DNA from: Clostridia bacterium
GTDB lineage: Bacteria > Bacillota > Clostridia > Oscillospirales > Butyricicoccaceae
Reading direction: 5' to 3'
Length of the DNA: 64,000 nucleotides
NCBI GenBank assembly: GCA_021205365.1
Contig: JAJPXP010000049.1
Span: 11,495 to 75,494 of the forward strand
Made by a program: the position numbers and the translations under genes. The notes beneath the pieces were generated by a model. That model did not search any database. It was not told where the DNA came from and saw only the letters and a program-made list of their open reading frames with translations. Below, piece after piece: positions 18,391-26,908 of the stretch. Numbering within the stretch: the stretch's first letter is position 1; each line of letters begins with the position of its first letter.

Positions 18391-20178
18391 TCAGATCTGG
18401 CGTACAGCCTTGCGCACGATATACCGTACGGTCAGCCCCAGCAGCCCGAATGGTTCCCCTTTATTTTTATTTTCCACGATCATCTGGAACTGATATGCCC
18501 TTCGAATCCGCCTGCGCACATCAGCCGGATAGGATGCTGCTGTTGAACGGAAAGAAAACCGGGAAAAATCCATATTCGCAAAGGAAAACTGGGAAAACTT
18601 CACTTTTTTCACCCATTCATACAGATGCTCTGTCCGGTACCAGATATCCGCCCCAGAGTAACCATACGGCATCAGCGCCGCCTGACAGGATAAAATGGTT
18701 TTCCCCTTATCCCATGTACCCAGCGCAGACAACGGCGTCACCCAGCGCGCAGCAACCGGCTCTCCATCATCAGAATATGCATCCACATCGTTGGTATGGC
18801 TAAAGGTGCAGACACGTCCATCCGCCGTCCCAAACCATAAATCCCCCGTGGTATCCGCGTCTGCAAGAAAGCAAACCGCCGGAATATGATCCCAGTAATA
18901 CCATTCCGGTATACTGTTTTCCATCTGCCTGCTGTCTGCTACATAGCAATGACCGCCAACTGCCAGATAATATTTTCCATCCCATACGCAGGCGACCGCC
19001 TTTCCCAGCTCTTCCCGGAGCAGCTTTGGATTGATGCGCTGGGATACGCCTGCTATGGTACGGTATTCCGTGACATACGTACCATAAATGCCCATCACGC
19101 CCTGTGGGGACAGATAATATGGCGTGCCATCCAGTACATCAATTGCATAGGCGCTGACCGCGCCTGCCGCCTCGGCGCCCTGCTTCAGCGGGTACGTCGG
19201 ATTGTCATTGTCATCCAGCTGGAAGGTACGCAGATACTGTTTCGCATCCTGTCCATCTGATTTCAGCACAATCTGCGTGTCATACTGTCTTGCATATCCC
19301 ATAATTGCCGATGCATCCAAACCAATTTTTGTGTAGCCGGTATCCGGAAAATAGCTTGGATCATATAATCCGGACTGCCAGTCACAGTTTGGAGCATCCG
19401 GATTGCCGGATATAAAAACACGTGTATCATTTTGTCCGCCATACAGGCCATAAATCCTGCATTTGTTGATGTCAATATGTTCGGTTGTCTTGGCGAACCG
19501 AATCTCTACATTTGCCAGTCCTCCGGCATCCGGCGGTGCTTCTGTGAGGGTAACGGTACCAGCTGCCGTATTCACAGAGGCAACCTCATATCCCTCGCAG
19601 GTTACTTCATCCAGATCAATAAATTTGCTGTCCAGCTGGAATACCGTACTTTTTCCATCTCCGACAAAGGTATTGATACGCCATGGTGTCAGCAGATTGA
19701 CCGCTTCTAGGCTGGTTCCGCCTCCTTCGGGCGGGCTGCCGATGGTTGTCGTCGGAATAAATGCGACGTCACGTACGGGTCTTGCCGTTTCCCCATCATA
19801 AACCAGATATGTCTTTCCATCCAGAAGCCACAGTTTTCCTTCCATTAAAAAGGATACAGACTGCGCTTCATTCATGTCCTCATACAGCAAATCCGTGGTT
19901 TCATCCGGATTCAACCGCCAGAGCTGTGTACCTGCATGGCATAGAACATCATCATTGAGCCGGTGTAGCCCATAGATTCGTCCATCAAAGCGTATCTTTT
20001 GCTTGTATCCGGTACGCTTTACCGGAAAATAGGTTTCATTGGCGATCATATTGCAGGCATCCGGTGAACGGGACCAATCCACTTTGGTGGCATGGTTTGC
20101 AAAATCTACACCGGCGAACCGCTCTACTGTCAGCTCCTGTATTGGTTCCGCATCAGGAAACTGATATGCTGTGCTCAT
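18391..20178 (-). CDS. Phage-like structural protein (595 aa), beta-rich; tail hub/nozzle candidate by position
   Basis: ATGA-coupled to the upstream ORF. Repetitive W/Y/G-rich beta-type sequence. No enzymatic motif seen. Confidence 0.45.
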   Translation of the reverse strand: MSTAYQFPDAEPIQELTVERFAGVDFANHATKVDWSRSPDACNMIANETYFPVKRTGYKQKIRFDGRIYGLHRLNDDVLCHAGTQLWRLNPDETTDLLYEDMNEAQSVSFLMEGKLWLLDGKTYLVYDGETARPVRDVAFIPTTTIGSPPEGGGTSLEAVNLLTPWRINTFVGDGKSTVFQLDSKFIDLDEVTCEGYEVASVNTAAGTVTLTEAPPDAGGLANVEIRFAKTTEHIDINKCRIYGLYGGQNDTRVFISGNPDAPNCDWQSGLYDPSYFPDTGYTKIGLDASAIMGYARQYDTQIVLKSDGQDAKQYLRTFQLDDNDNPTYPLKQGAEAAGAVSAYAIDVLDGTPYYLSPQGVMGIYGTYVTEYRTIAGVSQRINPKLLREELGKAVACVWDGKYYLAVGGHCYVADSRQMENSIPEWYYWDHIPAVCFLADADTTGDLWFGTADGRVCTFSHTNDVDAYSDDGEPVAARWVTPLSALGTWDKGKTILSCQAALMPYGYSGADIWYRTEHLYEWVKKVKFSQFSFANMDFSRFSFRSTAASYPADVRRRIRRAYQFQMIVENKNKGEPFGLLGLTVRYIVRKAVRQI

Positions 20179-20558
20179 TCATCCATCCCCCGAATCGTGG
20201 TTTCCGTGCATGGCGCATAATATGCCGCATGTTGTTGATATTCACTCATCAGCCAGTTGAACATAACGCGGTCATCTTCTGCAATCAATAATGCTGCAAG
20301 TCCATAGGGAAAGCATTCCTGTACAAACCGTTCCTCATAAGGAATTTCATCCTCCAGACTGTCCAGTGCTGCTACAGGGGAATCCCCGGCCAGGGCGGTA
20401 TCATATCCCTGTGCCCGCAGCAGTGCATTCTGCTCATAATTGCGGTCACACAACATTTGATTGATACAGCCCGGTGCCATATCTTCCAGATAGGTAACAT
20501 TCTCCGCCTCCAGCCCGAGCAGCACCAGCGCCTGTTCATACAGCTGTCTTCCGGTCAT
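20175..20558 (-). CDS. Phage-like small structural protein (127 aa); head-completion/adaptor candidate by position
   Basis: ATG 20558 is preceded by AAAGGAAGGTG. Lies directly after the capsid gene. Confidence 0.45.
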   Translation of the reverse strand: MTGRQLYEQALVLLGLEAENVTYLEDMAPGCINQMLCDRNYEQNALLRAQGYDTALAGDSPVAALDSLEDEIPYEERFVQECFPYGLAALLIAEDDRVMFNWLMSEYQQHAAYYAPCTETTIRGMDE

Positions 20559-20600
20559 AGGCACCTTCCTTTCTGTTTCAAAAAAATCCATATATTCAGT

Positions 20601-20623
20601 GGCGGGCGCGTCATGCGCCCGCC
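20601..20623 (-). promoter_or_regulatory. GC-rich 9-bp hairpin just downstream of the capsid gene
   Basis: GGCGGGCGC-atgac-GCGCCCGCC lies 15 nt after the MCP stop. No immediate U-tract, so it may be an attenuator or mRNA stabiliser. Confidence 0.5.
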
Positions 20624-20637
20624 ATTTTTGTGCCTTT

Positions 20638-21690
20638 TTAGCAGGAAGCTTCTGCCAGATCCGAAGTAAACCGGTTCGATGCAAAAGCAGCTGTACGAAT
20701 GGTCGTTCCGGCCGTCAGCGTGACTGCCGCAGCATAGACCTTTGCACTGTCGGAATAACGCGGGTCCGTGCCGTCCACTGTATAACGCACTTCCTCCGCT
20801 CCAGCCGGCGTAGTAACCGTTGCTTTCAGGCTGGAAATGCTGATGGTCGGTGCTGCCAGCTTGTTGCCTGCCAGAACCAGCGCATAAACACCCGTGCACT
20901 TTGCTCCGAGAACAAACGCATCATAATAATGTCTGCCTTCAATCAGTGCGCCGGACACACCAACCGGGTCATTATGTACCTTGGCATCGGAAATCTTATA
21001 CGGCATCAGTACGGAATTTTTATGTGTGATGATGAAGAAGCAGCCGTCCGGCATATAACTCTTTGGCACACGGACAATATTCAGGCCGGAAATTTCGCCG
21101 CAGACGCCCTTACCAATTGCCTTGACGCCTAAGCCCTCCAGCCCGGTAAACTCCGGTGACAGGCGGATCATCTTATATACTTCACTGGTGACATAAACAT
21201 AGCGGTCACTTTCCGGCACCAGATTGTCATCCAGAGCCTGGGCCCCGGTGGAAATCAGCTCGACAATCGTATCCTTGGTCGGCGCTTCCTCCGCAGTGGC
21301 AATGGTGCCTGCCATCATGGCAAAGCGTTTCAGTGCATATTTATCCGCCGCAGGCGTAGACTGCTCATTGATCTGCAAACGGAGCATGTCCGCTGCACGC
21401 TTGCTCATGTTCTGATCCAGATAGTTGCCCTTGTCAATGGTCAGGGTAAATGCCTTATCCTGGGTCATTTTGAGCTCCTGCACGATATCCTGCATTTCTG
21501 TCACAGCGCCATATCGTGCCATGCCCTCGCGGGTGTAATCCACTTCCGGCACCGTTACAGGTGTATATACCTTCAGAGTTTTTACACCAGTGAGATCAAA
21601 GGTTGTCGATGTCTTTCCCTTTACAAAGGAACCCGCCGTGAATACTTCCGCAATCTGGCTGGAATATTTTGTCGCTAGATTGACTGCCAT
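20638..21690 (-). CDS. Phage major capsid protein with a C-terminal Ig-like/Fn3-associated decoration domain
   Basis: 350 aa, SD AAGGAGG. Sits after an acidic scaffold gene. N-terminus MAVNLATKYSSQIAEVFTAGS is typical of P22-coat-like capsid families (recognised from memory only). C-terminus EVRYTVDGTDPRYSDSAKVY..AGTTIRTAAF resembles the chitobiase/Fn3-associated module. Confidence 0.7.
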   Translation of the reverse strand: MAVNLATKYSSQIAEVFTAGSFVKGKTSTTFDLTGVKTLKVYTPVTVPEVDYTREGMARYGAVTEMQDIVQELKMTQDKAFTLTIDKGNYLDQNMSKRAADMLRLQINEQSTPAADKYALKRFAMMAGTIATAEEAPTKDTIVELISTGAQALDDNLVPESDRYVYVTSEVYKMIRLSPEFTGLEGLGVKAIGKGVCGEISGLNIVRVPKSYMPDGCFFIITHKNSVLMPYKISDAKVHNDPVGVSGALIEGRHYYDAFVLGAKCTGVYALVLAGNKLAAPTISISSLKATVTTPAGAEEVRYTVDGTDPRYSDSAKVYAAAVTLTAGTTIRTAAFASNRFTSDLAEASC

Positions 21691-21704
21691 AATAAATTAC
21701 CTCC

Positions 21705-22178
21705 TTAGCCCTTTCCCATCAGTGCAAGAATGATGGGGTCTGTGATGTTGTTTTCGCCGTCAGAACGTGCGGAGCCCACATCCATTTTGCGATTTTCCGC
21801 ATTCTTTTTCAGCTCCTCCAGCTCCGTGCGCAGCTTCTGGATTTCATACGCACGGTATGCGCCCAGCAGATCCCCGGAACGGTTTGCCGCATCCCATACC
21901 TCTGACGGGATTTCATCGGGCTTGATTTCGGGATATGCATCCAGAAAAGCGCGATAGACATTGCCATCCGGCATGTTTTCCGTCTCCTGGCTGCGGCGTG
22001 CCGCGGTATTTACCTGAGATAATCCCTGTTCAGCTGCAGCAATCAGCTGTTCAATTGTCAGCTCGATTGTCTGCCCATCCACATTCACCGGATAGGTCTG
22101 TTCATCGCTGTCCATCAATGGCATATCCTCGGGATTCTGTGCACCGGCCTCCGGCGCTGCATTGTTTTTTGTCTGCAT
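21705..22178 (-). CDS. Phage scaffolding protein (acidic, helical, 157 aa)
   Basis: Sits between portal and capsid. Acidic N-terminus and helical C-terminus (YEIQKLRTELEELKKNAENRK). SD GAAAGGAGG. Confidence 0.6.
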   Translation of the reverse strand: MQTKNNAAPEAGAQNPEDMPLMDSDEQTYPVNVDGQTIELTIEQLIAAAEQGLSQVNTAARRSQETENMPDGNVYRAFLDAYPEIKPDEIPSEVWDAANRSGDLLGAYRAYEIQKLRTELEELKKNAENRKMDVGSARSDGENNITDPIILALMGKG

Positions 22179-22199
22179 AAAGCAGCCTCCTTTCTATTC

Positions 22200-23771
22200 C
22201 TATTGCTGTATTTGTCCCACACCTGCGGTACTATCCTTCAATGGCTGAATGTCCGTCAGCTGCCCATTTTCCCTCTGCTCTTTCAACGCACGAAGCAGGC
22301 GGGATTTGCCGCGGATCTGGTTGTCCGGAATATTTTCCACATACAGAATCGGGTCTGTGATGATGCCCCGCGCCAGCAGATTGTCGTTTGTGACAGTCTG
22401 CATGGTCTCTGCCCAGTAAGCGCTGGAGCCAACTTCCACATTCAGTTCCAGCGTTGCCGTATCCAGAGAATCAAAATCAAACCGCTCTGCAATTTCCTCA
22501 CCATTGTCATCGGTAATACATACGGTTCTGGATCCGTAATGTACGCGCATTAAATCCACAAAAATGCGCACAGTATCCTCTACAAAGCGGAAAAATTCCA
22601 TCTTTACCAGCTCCAGCGGTGCAATTGTTGCCTGCTGGACTGTGACAATCGCGGAGGTGTTGTCCGGTTTGACATTGCCAAGGGTTGCATCGGATGCACC
22701 CATGAGCTCCATGGTATCCTGAATCATCTGCTCCAGCAGCGGCATCACCTGAGCGGAAATATCCGGTGCCTGAAAAGCTGTGACAATCGCTTCATTTGGA
22801 TTGCCCCGCATGCCGATCGCTTTCCCCACATCAGAGGAATAGCCGGATGGGAAACGGGTCATATCATAGATGATTTTCGGAAACGCCACATGCTTGATGC
22901 ACTGTACATACATAGAGTACAGCTTATTGATGGCAATTTGGTTTGGAATGGCTTCTGAAACCGGAGATTCCCCATGGAAGCAATTTTTCACCCGCATCCA
23001 GCTCATATAAGCTACCGGATACAGGCGGTACGGTGTGACAGTTTCCGGCATAATTACGGTATTCTGCGTGCATTTAAAGAAAGAAATACCATCCTCCGTG
23101 CGCTCCATGCGCAGCAGAACCGTTACCATATTGTCGGTATCATCCACCTGCGCATCATATTGCGGTTCCAGAAGGCTGTCCGGCTTGATATTTTCCGCTT
23201 CACTGCGGCTCAGCCCTCTTGCCATCGCTTCTTTTCTGACACTGTCTACCGAACGGCGCATGGAGATGATGATATACGGCTGGCGCTGTACCTCATCCAC
23301 AGCTGGATTGCCAAAGAAAATATCGGTATTTTCAATGACATCCACTTCAATATCTCCGGCAATGCTCTGCCCGCTGTCCCTGTCCGGATCAAACCGGACA
23401 TAAAAGCATCCATCGCCATCCACACAGGCATTGCGCAGCATATACCGGTTTTTGCTTTTCACGCCGGCGCGTTCAATGACCGATGCTACCGAACGGTCAA
23501 TGATTTTCTGCATCATTTCCCCATCAGGAATAGACTGAAACGGCTGTGCCGTCACAGCAATATCATCCGAAACCAGCATGGAAATGAACATGTTGACAAC
23601 ACGGCGCAGTACATTGAAAATCAACGGGTCCAACGTGGTGACATTCAATCCTTCCCACTGCCGTCCGATGAAGAAATTCTCATTGGTTTTCACCCGGTCA
23701 TACAGGTCAATCCGGTTGTTAAAATCCACACCGCGCTGATATTCCTTCCAGACTGCTTCAGCTGTCTGCAT
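22200..23771 (-). CDS. Phage portal protein (523 aa)
   Basis: Size and position after terminase. ATG 23771 is preceded by GGAAAGGAGGAAAA. N-terminus YQRGVDFNNRIDLYDRVKTNENFFIGRQWEG looks portal-like. Confidence 0.65.
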   Translation of the reverse strand: MQTAEAVWKEYQRGVDFNNRIDLYDRVKTNENFFIGRQWEGLNVTTLDPLIFNVLRRVVNMFISMLVSDDIAVTAQPFQSIPDGEMMQKIIDRSVASVIERAGVKSKNRYMLRNACVDGDGCFYVRFDPDRDSGQSIAGDIEVDVIENTDIFFGNPAVDEVQRQPYIIISMRRSVDSVRKEAMARGLSRSEAENIKPDSLLEPQYDAQVDDTDNMVTVLLRMERTEDGISFFKCTQNTVIMPETVTPYRLYPVAYMSWMRVKNCFHGESPVSEAIPNQIAINKLYSMYVQCIKHVAFPKIIYDMTRFPSGYSSDVGKAIGMRGNPNEAIVTAFQAPDISAQVMPLLEQMIQDTMELMGASDATLGNVKPDNTSAIVTVQQATIAPLELVKMEFFRFVEDTVRIFVDLMRVHYGSRTVCITDDNGEEIAERFDFDSLDTATLELNVEVGSSAYWAETMQTVTNDNLLARGIITDPILYVENIPDNQIRGKSRLLRALKEQRENGQLTDIQPLKDSTAGVGQIQQ

Positions 23772-23964
23772 GGTTTTCCTCCTTTCCCGGTCCGGTATAC
23801 GCCAGCAATGCCGCAATATCCCTGCTCAGTGCATCCTCTGCATCCGGCAGGCCGGCATCGTTCTGTTTTTTCCTTCGGCGCGGCAAATGTGGGCCACCTC
23901 TTGCCGCCCACACGCCACAGGCAAAGCATAGCAGGCTGCACAGACAGCAAATCACATATTCCAT
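23758..23964 (-). CDS. Small Cys-rich single-TM protein (68 aa) between terminase and portal
   Basis: ATAAGGAGGAAAG lies upstream of the ATG. Sequence MEYVICCLCSLLCFACGVWAA, then a basic patch RRRKKQ. Overlaps the portal start by 14 nt. Confidence 0.5.
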   Translation of the reverse strand: MEYVICCLCSLLCFACGVWAARGGPHLPRRRKKQNDAGLPDAEDALSRDIAALLAYTGPGKEENHADS

Positions 23965-23975
23965 CGCTTTCCTCC

Positions 23976-25283
23976 TTATCTTTGATAGGACAGAAAGGCG
24001 TCCATATCGCCATCATACTGTCCCGGCTTCCATGCCTGTCCCGATGGCTGGATGGTTGCGGCAAAATACCGCAGGGCATCCGGCGCATGGGTCAGCTCAT
24101 GGGGATTGTTTGCTGTATCATTGGGATTTTTGTCATCCGCGGCCAGCATTGGCAGGGTGCGGATCAGATTTCTACACACCGGGCTGATTTTCAGCTTTGC
24201 GGTTAAAATCCCCTGTTCATCTGTAAAGGGACGCAGGTATTCCTTCACAGCATACCAGCCAGTGATGCGTTCCCCCATGGCTTTGTCAAAAAACAATCCT
24301 GCTTCTGCAAAGATATCCACAGCAGAACGTCCGGTTTCCTGCCTCCGGTTGAACAAATCCGGCGGGGCAAGCCGCTGGAAAATCACCTCATCACCGGTTT
24401 CGGCCCGGCAGATCACCTCCGCGGCTTCCGAAATAATCAAACCGGATTGATAGACTTCCCGGTATACCCATGCCGTGCCATCCGGTGACAGCGCAATCCA
24501 TAATGCAGCCAGCATATCCAAACCATAATCAATGGCAAGATACCGTTTCCACCAGCTTGGAAATTCCGGTGGTGCGCAGACATGCAGTTCCGGTGAGAAT
24601 TCACAAAAATACTGCCCTTCAAACAAATCCCACTGCCCATACAGCAAAGCTTTCCGGCTGCGTTCATCCAGCATTTCCAGACGTTTGACATAATCCGGAT
24701 CTTTCTGCATCAGAAACGTATTATCCTGCACCTTCGCCGGAAGAAACAGCTTTCCATCTGCTTCCTCACCGGGCATCAGCGGGTCAATGTATCTTGCCTT
24801 ACCCCAGCTATGTCCGACACCGCCAGGGTTTGTCGAGGATTTAACCTGTTTGGGATATGTATTCGTACCACGGATACGGGACAGCATATACGTAAACTGA
24901 AATTTTGTAAAATGCGTCAGTTCATCAAACCGGATGACATCATATTCCGCACTCTGGTATTTGGTCACATCATTTTCACTGTCGCAGTAGCCGAACTCGA
25001 TGATTGATTTGTTCCGGAATGTCCATAAATGGCTGGTTTCCCCATAGCTTCCCACTTCCTGCGGATACAGCGTCAGAGAAACCTGAATCAGGGAACGTTT
25101 CAATTCCGGAAAGGTTCTTCGCAGAATCAGCTGGCGGGATGCCGGATAGGTCAAAGCATAAATCAATGCATCAATCAACTGTGCATAGCTTTTCCCGCCG
25201 CCCGCCGCACCGCCGAACAGCGTTTCCATTGCAGTAGAACGGATAAAATCCAGCTGTCTGCGGGTAACGGAAATTTCCATCAT
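23976..25283 (-). CDS. terL: Phage terminase large subunit
   Basis: Walker A FGGAAGGGKSY, Walker B-like YDVIRFDELTHF, and a C-terminal RNaseH-like nuclease half (LAIDYGLDMLAALW). ATGA-coupled to the upstream ORF. Confidence 0.8.
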   Translation of the reverse strand: MMEISVTRRQLDFIRSTAMETLFGGAAGGGKSYAQLIDALIYALTYPASRQLILRRTFPELKRSLIQVSLTLYPQEVGSYGETSHLWTFRNKSIIEFGYCDSENDVTKYQSAEYDVIRFDELTHFTKFQFTYMLSRIRGTNTYPKQVKSSTNPGGVGHSWGKARYIDPLMPGEEADGKLFLPAKVQDNTFLMQKDPDYVKRLEMLDERSRKALLYGQWDLFEGQYFCEFSPELHVCAPPEFPSWWKRYLAIDYGLDMLAALWIALSPDGTAWVYREVYQSGLIISEAAEVICRAETGDEVIFQRLAPPDLFNRRQETGRSAVDIFAEAGLFFDKAMGERITGWYAVKEYLRPFTDEQGILTAKLKISPVCRNLIRTLPMLAADDKNPNDTANNPHELTHAPDALRYFAATIQPSGQAWKPGQYDGDMDAFLSYQR

Positions 25284-25543
25284 TCAACCACCCGCAGGAT
25301 CAGTTCAAAGGTATTGTCTGTTTTTTGCTCTGCATCCGGTACACAAAGCTGTCCTTTTCCCACTGCACGTTCCAGAATTTCCTTTGCAACACCCGCACGC
25401 GCAGTTCCGCTGAGGGAATCATCCTCCAGCATATCGCACAGGCATTGTGCCGCTTCCGGTGAATGGTCACACAAAATATCCCGTACCAGATCGTTGTGTG
25501 TCTTTTTCCGTCTGCGGCTGTTTTTTGTTTGCGCCAAAGGCAT
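25280..25543 (-). CDS. Terminase small-subunit-like protein (about 86 aa)
   Basis: Basic N-terminus KNSRRRKK plus the motif ARAGVAKEILERAVGKG, as in small terminases. GGGAGG abuts ATG 25543, so TTG at 25537 (7-nt spacing) may be the true start. Confidence 0.5.
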   Translation of the reverse strand: MPLAQTKNSRRRKKTHNDLVRDILCDHSPEAAQCLCDMLEDDSLSGTARAGVAKEILERAVGKGQLCVPDAEQKTDNTFELILRVVE

Positions 25544-25764
25544 ACCTCCCTTACATATGGTATTTTTGCAGCTCACGTGAATTATAATAATTTCCAGTTT
25601 TTTATTGTCTACCACAATTAATTGACAATCTGTGGATAACCTGCAAAACCGCCCGCTTCGAAGCAGGGTTCCCGTTTCGACGATACTTGCCAGAGAGTCC
25701 GCAGGATGCGGTGTTGCTCTGTTCAGCTTTGCGTAGCGCAACTGAAAAAAGCCGAAAAAAACAC

Positions 25765-25815
25765 TTGACATCTGCATTGTATTATTGTATGATTGTATCA
25801 ATCAATTAATACAAT
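25765..25815 (+). promoter_or_regulatory. Promoter plus GntR-type operator array
   Basis: TTGACA (25765-70), 17-nt spacer, TATGAT (25788-93). Three ATTGTAT direct repeats start 8 bp apart (25776, 25784, 25792), and an inverted ATACAAT sits at 25809. Confidence 0.6.
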
Positions 25816-25838
25816 AAGTCAATGAGAGGAGGCCTTCC

Positions 25839-26210
25839 ATGCAGTGGAATTTATCTGATGACCGTCCGATTTATCTGCAGCTGATGGATACCATCACCCT
25901 GGCAATAACCTCCGGTGCATTGCCAGCCGGAAGCAGGCTGCCATCCGTACGCGAGCTTGCGTCAGAAGCTGGTGTGAATCCAAACACCATGCAGCGTGCT
26001 CTGGCAGAGCTGGAGCGTTCCGGCCTGCTATATTCCCAGCGCACCGCAGGGCGGTTTGTTACCGATCAATCTGAAAACATCACGCAAAGGAGAAAGGAAC
26101 TGGCTATGGAACAGATTCATGTTTTTCTATCCGCTATGAAGGATATGGGATATTCTATCGCAGAAACCATTGAACTGATTCGTCAGGCAGAAAAGGAGGG
26201 TTCTGTATGA
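25839..26210 (+). CDS. GntR family (YtrA-like short) transcriptional regulator
   Basis: wHTH segment LPSVRELASEAGVNPNTMQRALAELERSGLLYSQRTAGRFV. 123 aa. Overlaps the downstream ABC gene. Confidence 0.85.
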   Translation: MQWNLSDDRPIYLQLMDTITLAITSGALPAGSRLPSVRELASEAGVNPNTMQRALAELERSGLLYSQRTAGRFVTDQSENITQRRKELAMEQIHVFLSAMKDMGYSIAETIELIRQAEKEGSV

Positions 26211-26908
26211 GCGAACCGATTTTACAGTGTACAGGGCTTTGCAAATCCTATGGTAAAAAGTCCGCACTAAACAACATCACATTTTCTCTGGAGCGCGGGC
26301 GCATTGTCGGCCTGCTTGGTCCAAACGGCAGCGGTAAGTCCACACTCATCAAGCTGGCAAATGGTCTTTTGACACCGACCTCCGGAGAAATCCGCATTTC
26401 GGGAAATCTGCCTGGCGTGGTAACGCATGCGCAGGTATCCTATCTGCCGGAGCGCACCTATCTGAGCGACTGGATGACTGCAGACGATCTGTTAAAATTC
26501 TTTTCAGACTTCTATGAAGATTTCAACATTGACAAAGCGGCAGACATGCTGACCCGCCTTGGCATCAGCCCAAAGGATTCGCTGAAGACCATGTCCAAGG
26601 GCACCAAGGAAAAAATCCAGCTGGTCGTGGTGATGAGCCGCGAGGCTGACCTCTATCTGCTGGATGAACCGATTGGCGGCGTCGATCCGGCTGCCCGCGA
26701 CTATATTCTGAATACCATTTTGACCAATTATAGTGAGAGCAGTACAGTTGTCATTTCCACCCATCTGATTTCCGATATTGAAAAGGTATTGGATGATGTC
26801 ATTTTCCTCAATCGGGGACAGATTACCCTGCACAAGTCCGTGGATGATATCCGCGCGGAATACGGCAAATCTGTCGATGCGCTTTTCAGGGAGGTGTTCG
26901 CATGCTGA
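26207..26908 (+). CDS. ABC transporter ATP-binding protein
   Basis: Walker A GPNGSGKST, signature MSKGTKEKI (degenerate LSGG), Walker B LYLLDEP. Confidence 0.85.
   Translation: MSEPILQCTGLCKSYGKKSALNNITFSLERGRIVGLLGPNGSGKSTLIKLANGLLTPTSGEIRISGNLPGVVTHAQVSYLPERTYLSDWMTADDLLKFFSDFYEDFNIDKAADMLTRLGISPKDSLKTMSKGTKEKIQLVVVMSREADLYLLDEPIGGVDPAARDYILNTILTNYSESSTVVISTHLISDIEKVLDDVIFLNRGQITLHKSVDDIRAEYGKSVDALFREVFAC

Larger units (their letters stand above)
17745..25543 (-). mobile_element. Phage-derived head/neck morphogenesis module (9 ORFs) with no other phage functions
   Basis: Co-directional, overlapping or coupled ORFs in the order TerS-like, TerL, small TM, portal, scaffold, capsid, 127 aa, 595 aa, 210 aa. 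Flanked directly by host genes. No integrase or att repeats seen. Confidence 0.7.
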
